DNA from: Vicugna vicugna
Lineage: Eukaryota
Length of the DNA stretch: 64,000 nucleotides
Assembly: GCA_013265495.1 (NCBI GenBank)
Contig: MU061560.1
Coordinates: forward strand, 558,001-622,000
Direction of reading: 5' to 3'
Shown here: positions 1 through 12,400 of the stretch, one piece after another
Layout of the letters: each line of letters opens with the position of its first letter
Numbering within the stretch: the stretch's first letter is position 1
Program-made: the position numbers and the translations under genes
Notes under the pieces: generated by a model
Databases searched by the model: none
The model's input: only the letters and a program-made list of their open reading frames with translations
What the model was told of the DNA's origin: nothing

Positions 1-2128
1 TGCCAGGGAACTGCTCTGAGGGTTAAAAGGTGGCATTTCAAGCATGAGTTAAAATGGTGGAGGACTTGGCTTTGAATGTCCTGCTTTATAGTGGTGGGGT
101 TTAGACCCCAGCCGTCACACCCAAGAGAACAATGTATGTGGCTGTGCTTGGCAACTCCTGGCCTGAGTCCTCACTCAGTGGTTGGCTCCCTGAGCGACTG
201 GCCGTGGCAACAGGGAGGACTCATCAGAGGAGTCTTCATTGCTGATGAATGAAGGTGCTGCTGGCTGTGAACATCTACAACCTGAGAGATGTCTCTGAAC
301 AGCAGAAGAGACACTATCGAAGTTTCTTGTGTTGCCTAAGTTGGGGACTCCAGCAGGTTGGGCTGTTTGCCCTTCAGGATGGGGCTGATGCATGAAAAGG
401 TTTCTGAAGTACAGGCAGTCATCATTCTGTAGCGTTCCGGTATGCACTATTGGATGCCTTCCAATTAGTATTGAAAACACATTTTTTTCTTAAATTTCTT
501 ATTCCTCTAATCTCTGCTTTAGTTGTATTTATGATTATATGGTGAATCAAAGATCTAAATGAAGTGTGATTACCTTTCTTCTAGTCTATCATGAATGACT
601 CTTTCAAGAATGTAGGCAAACATTGAAATTCTCAGAAAGTCAGATGGATTGCATGCAGCCCCAAATTGGATATATATTTGGTGATATTTAAAGAGAATTC
701 ACTTCTGAAGCCAACATGGCGGGGATGGGGGGGTGGATGTTCTGCTTTACCTACTAAATAAGTCAGCCTCAAGACGGACCTCTTCACTCAGTTTCCTCTT
801 CCATATTCAAAAGAAAATAAACTTTGGAATCAAAATTAATTTTTATAGCTTTTGTTCAGTGGTTTTCTGTTACTAAATGGATATAAAAGTATAGTAAGAA
901 GTAAATTAAACAAAGGAGTAAAAAGAAAATCTGCCCTGACTGGGAAAGTGAAACAAAGGGTATTAAAGATTTGTCAGATTAGTTTGCATCTAAAAGGCTA
1001 AAAGCAGCTAGCAAATAACTCTACTTCCAGGACAGCAGAGTTGATTTGGGGGGCGCAGGGCACAGCATTAGGGAGAAATGTTTTTTGAGGGGCAAAATCG
1101 AAGCCCTCCCCTCGCCCCCAAGGTTCTCGGTTCAAGGATTCCCCGGTGAAAGATCAGCAGAACCTTCCGTCTGACAAGCCCGGAGTCCGGCCGCGTGCTT
1201 GGCACGTCGTGATCTCAGTAATACATTTGGGGAGAGACGGATGTGCTCACAGGAGCAGACCTCCTGCCAGACACACGCATGTGTGATACCGTGGGGCTGC
1301 GGCATGCGGCACGGCACTGGGACCCAAGCTTAGCCCCAGCCTACCGAACACAGACAGAGCTCCTGCTTCACAAGCCCTCAAGGCAGAGATCTTACAGACT
1401 CCACAGTCTACTAAGGGCAATTTTTTCCTAATCTATGACAGCAGCCAGCTGTCTAAGCTACCTGCCAGGGAGATGAAATAAGGAACCTTTGCCTGGACAG
1501 GAGAATGGGGAGCCTGACTATAGTCAACAACGTTTTTTCCCAACAGGAAATTATTAAGTGCTGGGCTTCATTAATCTGTGAAACCTCCTTCCTGCAGGCA
1601 TTTAAATTTTTGTTGTGCTTTATCTACAGTGAGTTAGGTATGCTGTTGCCTGAAGCCTCTTAGCAAAATACAGTTAAATTGTTTATCAAAGGAAACCTTA
1701 AATAGCTCCCTGAGGCCTTATAAAGGTATTTTAGATTCTCAAGGATAATTGCGGTCATTTCTTAGATGGGCTGTGACTAGCAGCCTTTGAAAGCCTCGCG
1801 TTTTTGTAAAGTGGAATTAGAAGATGACTCCTGCGTCTAGTGAAATACTGGGTCTACAGATTCCTGATACAGATGATGGTTGTTAAATGGAAGCCAAACT
1901 TAACTCTCCTCATCAAAAACTATGCGTACCAAAGTAAGTAGATAGTCTAAAACTACATTTATGAATTAATTTATTCAACTGCCTGAGATTCGGTCTAATT
2001 TTTATTATAACTCCTTCTTGGACATCCCTGAATTTTCTAGAAAGTTGAAATAACATAAAAACATAGTTTTATATACTAGGTGTAATCATTAATATTCTAT
2101 TTACTTTTTTTTTTTTTTTTGGTTTTAG

Positions 2129-2159
2129 TTCTGAGCAAGACAAAGAAGAATGGATCAAG
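2129..2159 (+). CDS. FGD4: FGD4 internal coding exon (31 nt), end of first PH domain: (S)SEQDKEEWIK
   Basis: Long poly-T tract + AG at 2127-2128, GTAAAC donor at 2160; the translation joins in frame to the next exon and matches recalled frabin sequence. Confidence 0.93.
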
Positions 2160-2368
2160 GTAAACCTGATTTCTATTTTCATTTTTATTTTGTTATAACC
2201 CCCATATGTGTACCCAAATGTGCATATATTGTCGTATTATGCATGTATTATAGTCATCAGAATAAGGTCACTTGAGTTTTTAAGGTGACTCCCATTTTAG
2301 ATAATTTGTTTAATAAAGTGTTTGCATTGATACTTTAGTGTGTGCTTTGAATTTCATGTGTATTTTAG

Positions 2369-2467
<99 letters not shown>

Positions 2468-2784
2468 TGAATTCAATTCTTAACTTTAAATTCTTTTCTC
2501 CTTGCGCTTGCAGGAGATCTGTCTGGTCATTTTGTGACCCGGCCTTTTCCCGTTGGCGGTGCCAGAACTGGCTATTTCGATAGAATCTCCTTCTTAGGGA
2601 AATACAGTAGTGAACGCCTTTTCACGCTGCTTAAACTTCTTTGAACCTTTCGTTTCTTTTCCTGCATCTTGAGTTTCAAAACACTGTATGAGCAGTGTTG
2701 TTAAAGTGCTTTTTTAAATAAATGAATTAATGAATGGAAATGACGGTTTTTGCCATTAAAATTGAATCTCCTTCCCCTGTTTAG

Positions 2785-2925
<141 letters not shown>

Positions 2926-2989
2926 TGATCATTAAGGTTGCCAGTCACTAGATAAAGTGTTGTCAAATCATCACCTTGGAAACAAAGAA

Positions 2990-3480
2990 ATCATTCAATA
3001 CGTCACTTAATTGATAAACTTATTTTGGTGATAACTATATGCCAAGCTCTGTGCTGGGTCCTGGAGACAAAATGGTAAAATGATAGCTTCATCGAGCTCA
3101 CGTTCTAATGGAGAAAAATAGACCAAAGTCAAGTAAACAGACAAGCATTTCAAATTACTGTAAATGCAATAAAGAAACAGGATGTTAAAATGGGGGATAA
3201 TGGAGAAGGATTTGGAACCAGTTTTAGTGAGGAAAATGAATACCTGTATGAAGGGTTGACATTTAAGCTGACGTCTAAAAGGTGATAAAGAGCTAACCGT
3301 GAAAAGCGAGACGGCAAGAACGTCCAAGCGGTGAGCAGCAGTGTGCCAGAAGCCCCGAGGCAGGAGGAAGCTTGATGTATTCTTGAGGCTGCCAGCAGGT
3401 CACACAGCAGGAGCTTAATGAGCGAGGGGAAGCGTGGGGTAAGAAGTAGGAGAGGGGATAACCCAAGGGGTCAGTGACTG
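2990..3480 (-). mobile_element. LINE-2 3' fragment
   Basis: TCATTCAA...CCAAGCTCTGTGCTGGGTCCTGGAGACA... resembles the antisense L2 3' end. Confidence 0.65.
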
Positions 3481-4729
3481 AGGAAACGAGATGGGGCCTA
3501 AGCTTCTGTGGAGATTCAGGCTTCTGACGAGGAGAGGGAAACTTCCCTCCCTGCTGACAGGAAGGATGGAGGGAGTGATGCGTGCAAACGTGGGTGTCTT
3601 TTTGATTTGGTGGTGGGAAATGGGGGGATTGAGATCTGATGAGACCTACCTGTTCACTGAAGCATCAGGAAGAGCCGTCATCTGAAAGTGAAGGGGGAAG
3701 GAGGGAGCAGCGGGGAGACTTGAGAACGAGGGCCAAGCATGAAGTAGTGGTCTCTGGGCAGGGTAAAGTGAGCCTGCCCAAGAAGCAAAGGTGGACTGCT
3801 GGGTGCCCATCAGACGCTGATGGTTCCAAATGTAAAAGGACACGCTAATCCATTTAAAGCAGTGATTTCTTTAGCAAGATTCAGCTACTCAGGCCAGATG
3901 AGGCAGGTGATGGGTTTCCAGCGATTGAGTTGTTTCATGTGGAAAAAGTGAGAAGGCACAAAAGCATGACCTGAAAGCTGGAGAGAAGTAGGGGCAAGTT
4001 TTGGAGGGTCCTTGTAAACCAAGTTGAGGATAAATACTTTCTCCCAAACAGCAACGGGCAAACGTAGAGAAGGGCAGGGACCGTGGTGTCATGACCAAGT
4101 ATATTGTTAGTAAGCTTTAGTGTGTCCGTCCTTATTTATAGCTCTTTTAGGTTATTCTCAGGTACACTGCGGATTTATTCGTTGTTTTTTCCTAAGTTTT
4201 GACTCAGACAGTTTTATAATCAAAATTTAACTGATAGCAAACATCTTTTTCCCCCCCTCAGGGTAAGACTTTTTTTAAATCTATTATTGAGTTTGCTCGA
4301 ATGATTTCAGATATTGACATAATTACCTTCAGTAAATAAACAAACAAAAATGTTTGAATGTACTATGACATAATTTGAAAATAAATAAGATAGTATTTGA
4401 TATGATTGCAGATACAGACATGTTCAATTCTGAATCCTATAATACCTTCATTGTAATTATGAGAAACAAGTGAACATTTTTTATTATGAATTGTACATGC
4501 TGTGAAACTAAACCAAAAGTTTTACTAGTATTTATATTTCTTTTTGTCCACTATAAATGGGGGAAGATATGCTTCTAAAAGCAAGAAAATAATTTTTCAA
4601 ACTATAAGAGTCTTTTTTTAAACAGTTACCCTATAAGAATTAGAAAAAAATACCATTCAGTAAAAAGTAGCATGCAGTTTGCCTATAGTTGTTCATTTCT
4701 TGGCATTCTATAAATGTTTACTACATAAG

Positions 4730-5660
4730 TGGTGAGCAAAATATACAAGGACAGTTTTTCATAGAGCTTCCAGCCTACTGTGGGTGACAAACATTAATTG
4801 AATAATCACACAAGTACATAATTAAAAATTATAATCAGTGTGTGAAAAAAAGTACACGGAAGTTTAGTAGCACGGTGATAGGAGATGGGCTGTTGTCAGG
4901 ACGTTGGAGGAACCTTCCTTGAGGAAGTGACGTTTGAGTCAATACGTGAAGGATGAGCAAGAGTGAGCTCGCGGAAGCAGAGGTGAGAGCGGTGGGGGGC
5001 ACCGTTCTGTCAGGGCTGTGAGAAGCCAGTGTCACTGAAGGTGGAGTAAGAGGGGCAGATCATGCAGGCCTTCAGAGGCCATAATTTAATTTGTTCATGA
5101 TCCAAGAGCAAAGGGAAGACTTTAAAGGAATTTAAATCGAGGAGAAACATATCAAATTAGCATTTTTAAGAAAGCCTCCGGTGCTGTTTGGGAAATAGCT
5201 TAGAGCCAGACTAAGAGGAGTGGCCTGGACGCCAGTAAGAATGCTCCCAGGACCAGTCCCGAGGCTCTAATGATCCAAACCAGGACACTGCTAGCTTGGA
5301 CTCAGGTGACTGCAGGGAAGGTATAGAAAAACGGACAGGTTGAAAAAATTACCTAGGAGGCAGAATCAGCAGGGCTCTGCAATACGGTGAGTTCATGGGG
5401 TGAGGTAGACAGAGGCGTCGGCATGACACCTGGGTCTCAGACTCACCACGACGGGGTAGAAGGCTGTGTTGTTTCCTGCTGTAGGAAGCGCGATGAGAGG
5501 GGAACATATTTGGGGGGTGGAGGGGTATGTGTGATAAGGAGAAGGCTGAGGGCAAGGATGGCCACGAATTCATGTGGGAGGGTACTGACGAAACATCCGG
5601 AGGTGTGAAGTGTGAAGATCTGGACCAAGCCTTTGAGGATCTCCCACCTCTCGGCCAGGA
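4730..5660 (-). mobile_element. LINE-2 fragment
   Basis: Purine-rich degenerate L2 antisense motifs (GGAACCTTCCTTGAGGAAGTGACGTTTGAG; GGGGCAGATCATGCAGGCCTT). Confidence 0.65.
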
Positions 5661-5837
5661 AGGGAAGGAAGGGCAGGCAGAACCCGTCACAAGCAGCCTT
5701 TCAATGCCGGGATAGATACTCCTTGTGCCCCTGGGGATCTTCTTAGTCTAATACAAACTGGCTTTTTACATTGAACTTTTTCTCATTTCTCATCACCTAT
5801 AGCTGACTATTGCTTACACCTTATTATTTTTAAATAA

Positions 5838-6014
<177 letters not shown>

Positions 6015-6187
6015 TGAAATATTAAATATTGGATGTCTTTTAGATTTTTATACTAGGATCATAGAATATTCTGTTAACCCTGCAGAATACAAATAATATA
6101 TTTTGTTATTTCTCTTAGTGTTTAACAATTTGGACTATGACAAGCAAGAATTATATACTTCTGTTCTATGTTGCTGACTCTTGAGTA

Positions 6188-6340
6188 GGGGGAGGGTATA
6201 GCTCAAGTGGCAGAGCACATACTTAGCATACACAGAGTCCTGGGTTCAATCCCCAGGACCACCTCTAAAAATAAATAAACAAACCTTATTCCCCCCCAAA
6301 AAAATAACAAAAAACAAAATAAGATAAATAAAAATAAAAT
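6188..6340 (+). mobile_element. Camelid tRNA-derived SINE (Vic-1-like)
   Basis: A box TAGCTCAAGTGG, B box GGTTCAATCCC, A-rich tail, imperfect TSD TTGCTGACTCTTG/TTGCTGACCCTTG. Confidence 0.9.
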
Positions 6341-6440
6341 ATATTGCTGACCCTTGGGATCATGCTTAGCTGTATGGAAAGAAAAGGGGCAGTGCTGTGT
6401 TAACCAGTGTGCATTTGAGAGTGAAATCCAGTCCTGTCCT

Positions 6441-6693
6441 NNNNNNNNNNNNNNNNNNNNNNNNNNNNNNNNNNNNNNNNNNNNNNNNNNNNNNNNNNNN
6501 NNNNNNNNNNNNNNNNNNNNNNNNNNNNNNNNNNNNNNNNNNNNNNNNNNNNNNNNNNNNNNNNNNNNNNNNNNNNNNNNNNNNNNNNNNNNNNNNNNNN
6601 NNNNNNNNNNNNNNNNNNNNNNNNNNNNNNNNNNNNNNNNNNNNNNNNNNNNNNNNNNNNNNNNNNNNNNNNNNNNNNNNNNNNNNNNNNNNN
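6441..6693. other. Assembly gap
   Basis: Run of N. Confidence 1.
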
Positions 6694-6958
6694 ACTGCAT
6701 TGAAATATTATTGAAATGCCTCATAAGTGAATTTGACTCATGTTTTAGATAAATTCAGACCCAAGCCCAGGAACTCTAGTGCAGCTTGTGTCTGAAGTGA
6801 GTTTCACACCCAGAGATATAATAATATAAAGGGGTAAATATAAGGCTTTTGGGACAGATAGCCTCCAAGATAGCCTGGAAGTCTACGAAGAGTAGGTTCA
6901 TGATCAAAATTCCTATGTACCTAAAGTCATAGATATACTTGGTTTATTAAGAATATCT

Positions 6959-7100
6959 GGGGGAGGGGATAGCTCAGTTGGTAGGAGCACATGCTTAGCA
7001 TGCATGAGGTTCTGGGTTCAATCCCCACTACCTCCTCTAAGAATAAATAAATACTAAATAAACCTAATTACCTCCCTCCACCAAAAAAATAAATAAATGA
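6959..7100 (+). mobile_element. Camelid tRNA-derived SINE
   Basis: Same head, AAACCTAATTACCTCCC linker and A tail. Confidence 0.9.
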
Positions 7101-7369
7101 ACCTAAAAAACCCTATGGTTTAAGAAATAGACTCACAGACATAGAACACAAACTGTGGTTACCGAAGGGGAAATATGCATAATAAAAGCCATGGTTTAGT
7201 CTTTCCCTTTTTAGCCGGTGATTTATATTGGGAGACGAAGCAGGAAACTATAAGTGGCCCTGCAAAGACTTACTGCAATTTTAAAACCTTCAAAATTATC
7301 TCAGGTATAGGATAAAGATTGCCAGTAAGTATTTACCTCTTGGCCGTGGCATTCCTACGTAGTGATGTT

Positions 7370-7770
7370 GGTACAGCATTGTGGCTAAGAGTTCAAACTC
7401 TGGATCCAGATGCAAATCCTAGCACACCAGTTCCTAAATGCGCAATCTCAGGAAAGCTCTTTCATCTCTCAACCTGGTAATAATGAAAGTAGGAACTACT
7501 CCAGGGGAGGGTGTAGCTCAAGTGGTAAAGCACATGCTTAGCATACATGAGGTCCTGGGTTCAATCCCCAGTACCTCCTCTGAAAATAAATGAATGAATA
7601 AACCTAATTACCTCCCCCCTTAAAAAAAAAAAGGAAAGAAATAAACAATAAAAATTAACAATTAAAGATAGTAGGAACTACTCAGGGTTGGTGTGAGGTT
7701 TAAATGAAATGAAACGCATAGCGAGCTAAGAAAAGTGCCTTGTGGAGAAAGCAGTCAAGGAATGTTTAAT
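7370..7770 (+). mobile_element. MIR element interrupted by a younger SINE
   Basis: GTGGCTAAGAGTTCAAACTCTGGATCCAGA...CAAATCCTAGC at 5' and AGGGTTGGTGTGAGGTTTAAATGA...AAAGTGCCT at 3'. Confidence 0.75.
7504..7669 (+). mobile_element. Camelid tRNA-derived SINE inside MIR
   Basis: Perfect 14-bp TSD AGTAGGAACTACTC at 7488-7501 and 7670-7683. Confidence 0.93.
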
Positions 7771-8022
7771 TTTATTTAAATTCAGGGTCTGGTAACACAA
7801 AGTTAAAATGGTCTTAAATGTTTTCCCATGCTAGTAGTAGGTCTAGACGAATGTTCAAATAATAATTGCCGGTGAACCTTTTTTGGGACAACCCCAGAAG
7901 ACGTTTTACGTAAACACATTGTAGCTTAACGAATGTTCTCTTAAGTTGAATTACTTCTCTAATCTGGTTCATTTGTGTTCATTCTCTCACTTGCACTCCT
8001 GCTCTCCATCTCATTCTTCTAG

Positions 8023-8316
<294 letters not shown>

Positions 8317-9231
8317 TGACTAATTCCCTCTATAGCCAATAGTTCTTTCTGCTTGTTTATGGATCATTTGCCCCCTTCTCTCATTCCCATTCAGTGGGTT
8401 TGAGGAAATGTGGGTTGAGTTAGGAAAGGGCATGGGGACAAGGGGTTGAATCAAAGGAGAAGGAGCCTTTTTAATGATGGGAAATATTAGCAAGCCCTTT
8501 TTTCCTGAATAGAGGGATGCCTGAAAAAGAAAAGAATGTGAGAGGAAGGTGAATTTAAATCAACTTTGTAACAGTTTGTTGAGACCTTCTGTTCACTGAT
8601 CTGAGATGAATCTGTGGGAACAGCAGATTTGAGCCAGACACTATGTATGGATTGTGCTGTGCGTAAAAAACCAACAACACTTAAACCAATTGTGCGTTCA
8701 TCTGGGAACATAAAATGTTTAATGTAGCCTATATCTACATTGAGGGCTAGCCAAACTTTATTTTAGAAATAGATTAAAAATGCCAAGGTATATATTTTAT
8801 TCTGTCTCATTGTTTTTCCTATAATCTTTTCCAGTCCGTAAGTAAATTGATGCATGAATGAATGAAACACCAAATAAAACTGCATCTGGTAGTGAAATAC
8901 ATCATTAATGTTTGCTGGACTTGTACAGTAGGGTGATTACCCCCCTTTTCACTGAATGAGGAGTTGAATGGGCTCTCTCACAGAGAAGGAGGTGTGCGGT
9001 CAGTGTATTCTAGCCGATTTAGACGTCAGTGCTCATTCGTGAATTCATTCGGGCAACACGATCAGCGGCCTTATGCTCGGGCACCGTGCTAATAAGCAAG
9101 GGATTGCCTCTCTCTCCACGGAGAGCTCACAGTGCAAGTCTTTGTAGGAAAGGTGGTAGAAAAGGAGGTTTAGTGGGAGCTCGATCACATCTCACTGTGT
9201 TTTTTCTCTATGTGCCACGTTTTCCCCTTAG

Positions 9232-9489
9232 GACGTCAGAGCGCAGGCCACCATTCCACTCCTGGGCTATGTCGTGGACGATATGCCGAGGAGTGCAGAC
9301 CTGCCACACAGTTTCAAACTGACCCAGTCCAAGTCCATGCACAGCTTTGCTGCAGACAGTGAGGAGCTGAAGCAGAAGTGGCTGAAGATCATCCTCTTAG
9401 CTGTCACAGGTGAGACACCAGATGGTCCTAGCAAGCAGCCAGACGCTTTGGACGAGCATCCTGAATCTAAGAGACAGTCCGAATGCTGA
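9232..9489 (+). CDS. FGD4: FGD4 terminal coding exon: [85 protein letters not shown]
   Basis: CCCCTTAG acceptor; PH C-terminal helix ([12 protein letters not shown]); TGA at 9487-9489; overlaps ORF 9274..9489. Confidence 0.97.
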   Translation, partial: DVRAQATIPLLGYVVDDMPRSADLPHSFKLTQSKSMHSFAADSEELKQKWLKIILLAVTGETPDGPSKQPDALDEHPESKRQSEC

Positions 9490-12400
9490 GCCCCAGGACC
9501 GTCCGTGGTGTGGGGGCCAAGGGAGTCTCAAGATTTACAGCTTAAGACATTCCCAGCTCTCCTTACTCCTCTCCTAGCACTTTATGTTGAAAACACGGGC
9601 CCAAATGCATCTTTTGGGGGCACTATTTTCCTATGTTTATGTACTCTTAGTGAGATTAATGTGCAGAGCCATTCTACCCATAAAAAGTTTGAAATAATGT
9701 GAAAAATGGAGCATTTTTTTAATGAGCTATTCCTTGAATATGTACTTTTGGGGGAAAAAAAGTGGTAACAATTAATTCTATCATTTCAGGTTAGAAAAGG
9801 CCACTTCATTTAAGGAATCCTTTAACATCTTCACTTTCACATGTAGGATTGTAACTGTTTGAAAGATATACCTCTACGTTGCCAAAATAGATCTATGGTT
9901 TAAAAAAATACAGGGACAGTTTAGAATATCATATTAACTTATTTTATTTAGTTTATAAAGCTCAAGCTGCATAAATGATGTATGTTCTTTTAAAACAAAA
10001 AGGACAAAGTGTTGGTGTTCAAACTTTCAACTTATTGAGAAAAGATAATACTTGTTTTTTAGAAATACTCCTAAAAATAAAATATCTTAAATATATAGCG
10101 ATTATGTATATATAGTATTAAATATAAATATATATATACACACACACTATATGTGCTTTTTTCTTCAGCTTAAGGCTCATATTTGTTTTCTAATTTATTT
10201 TTTAAATATACAGCATGTTTTATCTTGGAATGGGCAGTGTTCTAAACTTAAGAAATGTTTTTGGTGACTTACGTTTTAGCTGGTTGACATCCAAGGGTAT
10301 TGATATTTTTATAATAAGAAAACGCTGTAATTTATGTGGCATGGGTTGTATTAGTGTGTTCCAACGGTATTTTTAAAGTACTGTTTTTCTTTGTTCTGTG
10401 CCTATTTAAAACAGTGCCTCTTTTTGAAGGTGCTAATAATGCCTACTTAAGTGTAATATGAGGGTTTAATTAATGCTTCAGTCTTGGTTACTCTGAGAAA
10501 AGGTGCATTCCGGTCGCGGGGTGGTCAGAGTCATGCAGGTTGCTGTCCCTTGTGCAGCCCTCTGATTGTCACAGCAGTTATTAAAATCAGCACGTACAAG
10601 ACAGCTGACCCTACGCAGAGCTGGGACATATGGAAACTACATTTATTGTTATGTTTTTCTTCTCCGTAAGACTGTTAAGTGTGGTTAAATGAGGACTATA
10701 TATAATTAACACTTAAGATAATTGTGTGAGCCTATTCCTTTGTCAGATTGAAACAAAATTTACATAAGATTACCTGTGTTTGGGGGGTAGGGTGGGTAGG
10801 TAATTGAAGACAGTTTATGTTCAACTCTAAACCACCTCACTAAAGAAGAGTGGGAGAAAATACAATATAGAAAAATGATATTTTGATGGCAGGTTTGGGG
10901 GAGATACATGATGATTGATGTGAGTTTGAGCATTTTTTCCCCTATTTATCCTCTGGGGAATTTTAACAGACAAAGTGTGATTCCTTGTCACAAAGGCTGC
11001 TCTTTATTATATTGTAGTTATCATTAAAATCTCACATTAAGTTGGCTATTTAAGTTAGTGCTGTTCTCAAAATTAGATCTTTTTTGTTTTTAAATTTACT
11101 CTGTCATGTTCCAAACGTTGTCACTTTTTAATGCATCTCTCTGCTAGAAATCCCCAAGAACGACCCCACTGTCCTCGGCTTTTGGGGGATTATACCTTAA
11201 ATGTAGGACAGATGCACTCAGAACTTGCGATTCATTTATTCAGGCCCTGTTTTTTTAGAGAAATATTTGAAATATCTCCTTTTTCCCCCTCGTGCCCTTA
11301 AGAAGCAGGTGAACTTACGATGGCGGATGTGATTTGGCTGCCTTCCTCTGCAAAAGGAATACCAGCCAGGATTGTTAATATTAAACCAGGTACTTGGAGT
11401 CAAAAAGAGAGAAGGTAGCTTCTTAGGCCCTGTTAAATTAAGGATGGACTAAAAAAGTTTTGCATTGCTTCTCTTTTCTAGTTGCCAAGTGTGCATATGT
11501 GTGTGTGAGTTCAGAGGTGGTTACCGAGGTTAAACTATACTGATGGATCGTGATGCTTTGGTTTGAGTCTCAAGAAGAGAGAAGCGGGAAAAATGTAGAA
11601 TCAGTACCAGGAGAAAGGTGACTTTTGTAACTGGGGACAGAACAAAGGAAACGCGGAGGGGAATTAGGAGATTAACGAGCCAGATTATTTTTGAAACAGC
11701 AAGAAAGCTACACTTCCACTACCAGTAAGTTCTTCTGGAATAGAAATAACATGGACGTATTCAAGGTTTGGCTCAGTAAATATCAAATGTGATTTAATTT
11801 AGATACTAAAAGAAAACTCATGGAAAGGGAGTAATATCACGCTTTAATATTCTCTTTAATTTTTTTTCCCAATAAATTAGACATATTAGTATTGGAAGAG
11901 AATTTCTGCTTATCCAGTTACGATCTTCGCGTGACACGTGCTCTTTTGCCATGCACAGAGAGAAGCAGTGAAGGAGCCTTATGCCTGTTTCTCGTTAAAG
12001 AATCACTAACGCTTTTACTTGGAGAAAGGCAAAGGAGTGTGCTCTTAGCCGTCTTAAAAGGCTCAACCGAAAGACCTTAAAGTGTGGTTGATTGGTTAGA
12101 AGAAGAATCTGTCTTTTGCTGTCTGAGACACCTGAGCAGTCATGGCAAATTGAACCTAGAAAAATAATTGGTTGCTCTACTTAATAGTAACCAACATTCC
12201 ATTTGGGTCCTATTTTTTAGAATATTGTCTCTAATTTGGTGCTTTCCAAGTCATCTTTTCTTTAAAGTGCCCTTCCTCCAAACTTAAAAAATACTTCTTT
12301 GATAAGAACTGCTCTTCGTTATAAAACATTCCAATTTTTTTTACACTTTAATTTTTCTTTATCGAAGGTCTGTCACTTGGTATATTAACTATGAATGTAG

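Noticed and set aside
175..480. 101-aa minus-strand ORF in an FGD4 intron
   Set aside because: Non-ATG start, no recognisable domain, no poly(A)/TSD signature of a retrocopy; probably chance or decayed repeat sequence.
6188..6265. tRNA-like heads (A and B boxes) here and in ~16 other places
   Set aside because: They are followed by A-rich tails and TSDs and lack an intact acceptor stem; these are SINEs, not tRNA genes.
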